A stretch of 64,000 nt of DNA from Acidobacteriota bacterium (GTDB lineage Bacteria; Acidobacteriota; UBA890; WLXD01). The notes beneath the pieces were generated by a model. That model made no database searches. It was not told the DNA's origin and saw nothing but the letters and a program-made list of their open reading frames with translations. Each line of letters opens with the position of its first letter. Within the stretch, counting starts at the first letter, position 1. The position numbers and the translations under genes are program-made. The DNA lies in NCBI GenBank assembly GCA_965205505.1, contig CBDBHB010000009.1:928001-992000 (forward strand), read 5' to 3'. Below, piece by piece: positions 57,902-64,000 of this stretch.

Positions 57902-59956
57902 TCACTCGGCACCAGCAGTGTCCGCGTCCGCATCGGGCTTCAAACGTACCGCCCACAGACCGGAGTTGTTGTCGGCGAAGAAGATGTTCCCCTTGTGGGT
58001 CATCGCACCCCAGGTACGGCGCGCGTTGGGCTTGAAGCCCTGTGGGTCGTCGGCCAGGAAGTAGCCGATCTCACGTCCTTGGCGATAGAGGTCGCCGAGC
58101 AGCTCACCGGAGATGTCGATGACGCGCAGCCCGGCGTTGTAGTAGGCGACGTATAGGGTGTCGCCGTCGACCCAGAAGTTGTGCGTGCCGCCGAACGGCA
58201 CCTGGTAGCGGGCCACCTCGCGCGGGTTCTCGAGATCGTCGAAGTCGATGAAGTGGATCCAGCCGGCAGCCTGTACCGGTGGCCCCTCGAAGCGATCCAG
58301 ACCCATCGGGTTGCGCTCACGCGGGAAGGCCTCGTCACCGGCGATGACGTAGAACCTGCCGCTCGAGCTCTTGAAGGGCCAGGCGGCATGGTTCCAGCCG
58401 CTCGGATACGCGTACCGCGCCATTTCCACAGGGCTCACGGGAGAGCCCCCCATGCCGCCGCCACCGACGTCGACGAGGACCACTCCGTCGTCCCAGTTCG
58501 ACGACACGGCAACTCCGTCGATCACCCAGACGTCGTGAATCGACCGGCCTGGTGAGTCGAGCTCGAACCGCCCGACACGATAGGGATTGCGCGGATCCTC
58601 GATGTTGAGGACATCGTAACGGCGGCCGCCGGACAGGGCGTAAATGTGATCGTCGTGTATGTAGACGTTGTGCACTCCGCCGGTCATCTGGTCGTCGTAG
58701 CGCGCTAGCACCTTGACCCCGTCGCGCGGGGTCGACACGTCGAGGATCACCAGTCCGTTGCGGCGGTCCGAGGCGCCCTCGCGGCTGATCACCGCAATGC
58801 TCCCGTCCTCGGATACCTTGACGTCGTTCACGGTGCGGGCATCGACCTTGACCATGTCGATGAGCTGAATGTTGCGTGGGTCGGTGACGTCCCAAACGTA
58901 GGCGTGCCCGGCGGCGCCCCAGGTCCCGGTGATGGCATAGTCACCCCCGTCCGGGGCCTCCCAGACCCACAGGTCGGAGGTCTTACGATCGGCGACGCGC
59001 CCGTGTCCGACCAGCTCGATATCACGCCGTACGTTGCGCGGGGTCGCCACCACAGTTGTCGATGCCCAGTGCTGGCCGGCCGTCGCCAGGATCGTGTACT
59101 CACCCGGGAGGTCGGCGACGAAACGCCCGTCAGCCGTAACCAGCCCGGAGGGCGGCTCCCCGAGACCGTGCTGATCTGTGCGGGCGCGGAACGCATACAC
59201 CACCGGCATTTCCGGCACCGGGGTACCGTCGCCGCCGAGTGGCGTGGCCTCGAGGTGAACCACCTCGCCGGTGCGTACCTCGCTGGCGCTCGATGTCATC
59301 CGCAGCGACGCCGTGGGATCGGCTGAGACGCGCACCTCGATGCTGTCGCGCACCTCCTCGGCACGCGCTGTGACCATCGCGGTGCCGCGGCCGACGAGCC
59401 GCATCGACCCGACGTGATCGATCTCGACAACCGAGTTATCGCTGCTCTCGAGCACCGGCGAGATGTCGGCGCGGCTAGCGCCCGACACGTCAACAGCTTC
59501 GAACACGGGACGTACGATGGTGCCGGTGTAATAGCGCCCCGGCATGTTGGTGAAGGCGATGGAAGCAAGCGGTGGCACCGGCACGTGTACCGCGACAACG
59601 GCACGCAACGCATCGTCGTCGCGGCGCGGGTCCACATCCGGTGAGCTGGGGACGATGGCCACTACCTCCACATCGCCCGGCTTGTACGCCTCGATCGTGC
59701 CAGCGGGGTTGACGCCGACGCGGCGCCGCGCTCGCGATACATAAACGATCTGTACATCGTCCAACACGTTGCCGTCGCCGTCGCGCACCATCGCAGTGAC
59801 CTGAACGGCGCTGCCGACCTCGATCGTGACCTGCTCCGGGTCGACCTCGATACTTGCCGGCGGCGGCGCTGTTTCTTGCGGGTCGGCTTGCATCGACGCG
59901 GTCAACGACAGTAGGGCAACGATCAACAATGGGGCAACACGTGCGGTGCGGTTCAT
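57902..59956 (-). CDS. Secreted Ig-like + LVIVD-repeat protein
   Basis: Big_2-like repeats, then GLVILDVS, GVHN, IHDV, GVVLVDV, GLRVIDIS repeats. Confidence 0.82.
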   Translation of the reverse strand: MNRTARVAPLLIVALLSLTASMQADPQETAPPPASIEVDPEQVTIEVGSAVQVTAMVRDGDGNVLDDVQIVYVSRARRRVGVNPAGTIEAYKPGDVEVVAIVPSSPDVDPRRDDDALRAVVAVHVPVPPLASIAFTNMPGRYYTGTIVRPVFEAVDVSGASRADISPVLESSDNSVVEIDHVGSMRLVGRGTAMVTARAEEVRDSIEVRVSADPTASLRMTSSASEVRTGEVVHLEATPLGGDGTPVPEMPVVYAFRARTDQHGLGEPPSGLVTADGRFVADLPGEYTILATAGQHWASTTVVATPRNVRRDIELVGHGRVADRKTSDLWVWEAPDGGDYAITGTWGAAGHAYVWDVTDPRNIQLIDMVKVDARTVNDVKVSEDGSIAVISREGASDRRNGLVILDVSTPRDGVKVLARYDDQMTGGVHNVYIHDDHIYALSGGRRYDVLNIEDPRNPYRVGRFELDSPGRSIHDVWVIDGVAVSSNWDDGVVLVDVGGGGMGGSPVSPVEMARYAYPSGWNHAAWPFKSSSGRFYVIAGDEAFPRERNPMGLDRFEGPPVQAAGWIHFIDFDDLENPREVARYQVPFGGTHNFWVDGDTLYVAYYNAGLRVIDISGELLGDLYRQGREIGYFLADDPQGFKPNARRTWGAMTHKGNIFFADNNSGLWAVRLKPDADADTAGAE

Positions 59957-60212
59957 CGCTTGATCCGGGTTGGGACGGAAGGGGGCGATCGACGCCCTAG
60001 ACTCTGCCATGCTCGGCCACCAAAGTCGCGACTTGTCGGGATGTCGGGCGCGCCTGACGGCGGTCGTGTAAAGAACCGTCAAGACCAGGAAAAGAACGTG
60101 CGAGGCAGCGTTTTTTGTGTTGTTTGGCCGTCGGCCGATCGCCTACAGTGGATTGGACGCACGCGCGCCGCTCCAGGTCGCCGTCCGCCCCTGTCAGAGG
60201 CCGTGAAGACGC

Positions 60213-62528
60213 TTGACGAACACTCTTAGACCGCGCCGCGATCTCCGCCTCGCCTTGGTGATACTCGCGAGTACGGCACTGACGCTCTTGGTGATGTCTG
60301 CCCCGGCCTTGGCTGTGCCCCAGGATGGAGGCAGGCAGCAGCGTGACGAGGCAGCGCAGGAGCTTCTCGAGGCTCTCGAAGCTGCGACCGATCCGATCGC
60401 GGTCAAGTCGGCACGTGCGGCAACCCCCGAGGAAGAAGCCGAGATCGGGCAGGGCGGCAAGCGAATGGCGGCCACGGAAGCGCCGGTGGCCCCCCGCATC
60501 GACGGCCGGGTCGACGACGACGTGTGGGCGTTGGCCGAGGTGGTGACCGACTTCCTACAACGCGAGCCCGTAGAGGGTGGAGTTCCCACACATCGCACCG
60601 AGGTGCGCATCCTGTTCGACGATCGCAACCTCTATCTGGGCTTCGTGATGTACGACGACGAGCCCGACCGCGTCGTCGCCTCCGACCTGCGCCGCGACAG
60701 TCGTCTGGAGACCGACGATAGCATCGCGCTGCTGCTCGACACGTTCCACGATCACCGCAACGGTTTTCTGTTCCGTGTCAACGCGCTCGGCACCAAGTAC
60801 GACGCGACGGTGCAGGGGGAGCGCAACGTTAACTCCCGCTGGGACGAGAAATGGGAGGCTGCCGCCAGAATCACGCCGAATGGCTGGGAGGCGGAGATGC
60901 AGATCCCCTTCAAGGCGCTGAGGTTCGACGCCGGTGCGCATGTCTGGGGCATCGATTTCAACCGCGAGATTCGGCGTACCAACGAAGAGGTCAACTGGAG
61001 CAACTACCGCCGCGGCTTCAACTTTCGCGACATCTCGCAGGGTGGTCACCTGCTCGGTCTGCGAAGCCTTGCGCTCACGGGTCGCTACCGGCTCAAGCCC
61101 TACCTGGCCGGCGGCTACACGGCGCTCAACGCGACCGATTCGCCGCTGACCGACCGTAGCGGCGAGTTCGGCATCGAGGACTTCAAGGTCCAGATTACCC
61201 CCAACCTGACGGCAGACCTCACGGTCAATACCGATTTTGCCCAGGTTGAGGACGACGAGGAGCGTGTCAACTTGACGCGCTTTCCACTGTTCTTTCCCGA
61301 GCGCCGGGAGTTCTTCCTGGAAGGGTCGGACAAGTTCGATTTCGGTGGCGGCGGAGAGCGCGGCCGCGGAGGCCCCAGCTCGCTGCTCTATCACTCGCGC
61401 AATATCGGATTGTTCGATGGAAGCCCGGTCACCATGCGGTACGGCGCCAAGCTGACCGGCAAGATAGGGAACACCAGCATTGGCTTTATCAACGCCCAGA
61501 CGGGCGACAGCGCCGAGCTCGACTACGTCGGGCGCAACCACACGACGCTGCGTTTGAACCAAGACATCCTCGAGCGCTCCTCGATCGGCCTGATCTTGAC
61601 CAACGTTCAAGACGATGGGGCACACAATCGCGTTGCTGGATTCGACGCCAGCTTCCGCTTCTTCGATCACATGAGCGTGCGCGGCAACATCGCACAGGCG
61701 CGAGACTCCGAAGTCGGGCGCCCGCAATATGTCGGTGCCTTCGACGCCGGCTGGGACAGCGACCTCTGGAGCGCGCAAGCGAGCTACAGCTACGTCGATC
61801 CCGACTTCGTCACCGACATGGGCTTCATCCGGCGGCACGACATGATACGGCAGAATTATCGTCTCGGCTGGAAACCTCGACCCGGCTTGTCGTGGATGCG
61901 GCAGATGATGTTCTTCGCCGTGGTCGAGCACATCACCGATACCGCCGGCAACCCCGAGACCCGCGAGCACACGTTATGGACGCGCTATCAGCTGGAGTCG
62001 GGCGACTCGGCCAGCATCATGGTGCAGCGTTCCTTCGAGCGAATTCGGGAGCCGTTCGAGGTATCGGATCAGGCGGAGATTGGCGTCGGCGACTACACCA
62101 ACAACGAGTGGAGAGCGTCGTTCGAGTCGTATCGGGCGCGGCGGCTCAGCGGCCGCGTCAACGTCAGCGGCGGCGGGTTCTTCGACGGCACGAGACGTTC
62201 GTACGGCGGCAGCATGACGATGCGCTTCAACGAGAAGCTGTCGCTGTCTCCGCGCTATGACCTCAACCGCATCGAGCTACCGGCTGACGCCTTCAACACC
62301 CACCTGGCGAGCATGCGAGCGTCGTACAACTTCAACGAGCGGTGGCTGACGGTTCAGTACAACAGCATCGCCGACCGACTGTCGATCTTCGCGCGGCTGA
62401 ACTTCATCCGCCGGACCGGCGACGACCTGTTTCTGGTCTACAAGTCGACGGTGCGCTACGATCCGGAGTTCTACGGCCAGATGGACCAGGCCGTGATCGC
62501 CAAGATGACGCGGTCGTTCGACTTTTAG
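60213..62528 (+). CDS. CBM9 + DUF5916 outer-membrane protein
   Basis: PRIDG..DD..W, TEVRILFD, LDTFHD, NTDFAQVE.D..VNLTRF..FFPERREFFLEG; C-terminal Phe. Confidence 0.88.
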   Translation: MTNTLRPRRDLRLALVILASTALTLLVMSAPALAVPQDGGRQQRDEAAQELLEALEAATDPIAVKSARAATPEEEAEIGQGGKRMAATEAPVAPRIDGRVDDDVWALAEVVTDFLQREPVEGGVPTHRTEVRILFDDRNLYLGFVMYDDEPDRVVASDLRRDSRLETDDSIALLLDTFHDHRNGFLFRVNALGTKYDATVQGERNVNSRWDEKWEAAARITPNGWEAEMQIPFKALRFDAGAHVWGIDFNREIRRTNEEVNWSNYRRGFNFRDISQGGHLLGLRSLALTGRYRLKPYLAGGYTALNATDSPLTDRSGEFGIEDFKVQITPNLTADLTVNTDFAQVEDDEERVNLTRFPLFFPERREFFLEGSDKFDFGGGGERGRGGPSSLLYHSRNIGLFDGSPVTMRYGAKLTGKIGNTSIGFINAQTGDSAELDYVGRNHTTLRLNQDILERSSIGLILTNVQDDGAHNRVAGFDASFRFFDHMSVRGNIAQARDSEVGRPQYVGAFDAGWDSDLWSAQASYSYVDPDFVTDMGFIRRHDMIRQNYRLGWKPRPGLSWMRQMMFFAVVEHITDTAGNPETREHTLWTRYQLESGDSASIMVQRSFERIREPFEVSDQAEIGVGDYTNNEWRASFESYRARRLSGRVNVSGGGFFDGTRRSYGGSMTMRFNEKLSLSPRYDLNRIELPADAFNTHLASMRASYNFNERWLTVQYNSIADRLSIFARLNFIRRTGDDLFLVYKSTVRYDPEFYGQMDQAVIAKMTRSFDF

Positions 62529-62562
62529 TCTGCGCCCCACTCCCACCCGCGAGCCCGCTCAT

Positions 62563-64000
62563 TTGTCTCGAAACTCGCTCGCTCTACGCGTTGTTCTGGC
62601 TTGTGCCCTGCCCTTGTCGGTGGTGCGTTGTGCCTCGACGCCGGCGCCCGTATTGGCGCCGGCGCCGCGCGGCGACGGCCCCTCACTGGTGGTGCTGATC
62701 GCCATCGACCAGGCGCGCTACGACTATCTGGTGCGCTTCCGGTCGTTCTTCACTGGCGGGCTGGCTCACTTGCTCGACAACGGTGCAGTGTTCACCAACG
62801 CACATCAGAATCATTCGATGACGGCCACGGCGCCAGGGCATGCGACGCTCTCTACAGGTCTCGAGCCGGCGCGCTCGGGCATCGTCGGCAACAACTGGTA
62901 CGACCGGCAGCAAAACGTAAGTGTCTACTCGGGCGGGCCGGCGGCACGGCGGTCGCCGGCGCTGCTGGAGGGGACGGCGATCGGCGACTGGATGAAGGCG
63001 GCGGATCCGCGCTCGAAAGTGTTCACCGCCAGCATCAAGGACCGCTCGGCGATCATGCTGGGTGGCCAGGGCGCCGACGGTGCTTTCTGGTACGACGGAA
63101 CCTACGGTTTCTGGACGAGCAGCAGCTACTACGGGAGGGCGCTTCCAGACTGGCTCGTCGACTTCAACCGCGAGGAGCGGCTCGACCGCTTCTACGGTAC
63201 CGCCTGGGAGCCGCTGACCGACGAGAGCCGCTGGTCCGAGGTCGATGTCGAACATCTCGACACCGGGGCCTTTGCGCGTGGCTTTCCCCACGTGCTCGGC
63301 TGGTCGGATCCCACACCGAGCGCAGTCTTCTACGAGCGGATTCCGAACAGCCCATGGGGAGACTGGTACCTGGCGGAGCTGGCGGAAGCCTTGATCGTCA
63401 ACGAGGACCTCGGCGCCGATGGCAGCGTCGATTTTCTCGGTCTGTCGTTCTCCTCGCTCGACTATGTGGGCCACACGTACGGCCCCAACGCTCCGGAGGT
63501 TCTCGACATCTTGGTGCGACTTGATCTCCGTCTTGCCGAGCTACTGGGGTTCATCGACGAGCGCGTTGGTCTTGACCACGTGCTGTTGGCGTTCAGCGCA
63601 GATCACGGTGTTCAGGTGATGCCAGAGTACGTTGCGCCGCGAGGGTTGGAGGGCAAGCGCCTCGATGGTGCCGATCTCCTCTGCGTCCAACAAGCAGGCG
63701 AGCGGCTACGCGAGAAGCTCGGCGATCACGAGTGGATCGAGTCGGGCTACTACCTCGACGAATCGGTGATCGCCCAGCAACAGCTCGACAAGGCGGACGT
63801 CGAAGCGGAGCTCGCCGCAATTCTCGGCGCCTGTTCGGTGGTCGACCGCGTTTGGACCTCGACCGAGCTGATGGTCGAAACTCCGTCCCCCGATCTACAG
63901 ACGCAACGATATCGAAACAACTACTTCCCGGGTCGGAGCCCCGACCTGGTTGTCCAGTACCACGACTACTTTCTGGACGATCAATCGATGGGAACGACTC
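62563..64000 (+). CDS. Alkaline phosphatase family protein (PafA/NPP-like), runs off the window end
   Basis: Not in ORF track; frame 1 reads LVVLIAIDQARYDYL, TAPGHATLSTG, GIVGNNW, SIKDRSA, DYVGH, SADHG. Confidence 0.9.
   Translation, partial: MSRNSLALRVVLACALPLSVVRCASTPAPVLAPAPRGDGPSLVVLIAIDQARYDYLVRFRSFFTGGLAHLLDNGAVFTNAHQNHSMTATAPGHATLSTGLEPARSGIVGNNWYDRQQNVSVYSGGPAARRSPALLEGTAIGDWMKAADPRSKVFTASIKDRSAIMLGGQGADGAFWYDGTYGFWTSSSYYGRALPDWLVDFNREERLDRFYGTAWEPLTDESRWSEVDVEHLDTGAFARGFPHVLGWSDPTPSAVFYERIPNSPWGDWYLAELAEALIVNEDLGADGSVDFLGLSFSSLDYVGHTYGPNAPEVLDILVRLDLRLAELLGFIDERVGLDHVLLAFSADHGVQVMPEYVAPRGLEGKRLDGADLLCVQQAGERLREKLGDHEWIESGYYLDESVIAQQQLDKADVEAELAAILGACSVVDRVWTSTELMVETPSPDLQTQRYRNNYFPGRSPDLVVQYHDYFLDDQSMGTT

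Noticed and set aside
62601-63524. 307-aa ORF in the track
   Set aside because: Wrong frame; the real gene is the alkaline-phosphatase-family ORF in frame 1 that runs off the window

Overview
High-GC bacterial chromosomal window with about 47 genes. No rRNA, tRNA, CRISPR array or transposase gene was found. The gene content (ECF sigma plus TPR kinase, DUF5916, DUF3179, M28 peptidase, GMC pairs, amidohydrolases) suggests an Acidobacteriota/Gemmatimonadota-like organism, which is inference only. Main blocks: mog/DUF1015; an ECF43-like sigma with a Ser/Thr kinase; an ABC importer + FAD oxidoreductase + CoA-transferase + crotonase operon; pckG; a Tat-less molybdoenzyme complex; two GMC/subunit-3 pairs; an RND efflux operon; copper genes; and many secreted hydrolases. 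Two observations stand out. (1) Three MITE-like elements sit at TA/CTAG stop-codon sites. They have different terminal inverted repeats but carry four copies of one covarying tandem-GA hairpin core. (2) An MscS channel fused to an FHA domain overlaps a membrane-anchored pseudokinase gene. Several genes have single-base frameshifts or short deletions that may be sequencing or assembly errors. All family assignments come from motif recognition by eye; no database search was run.
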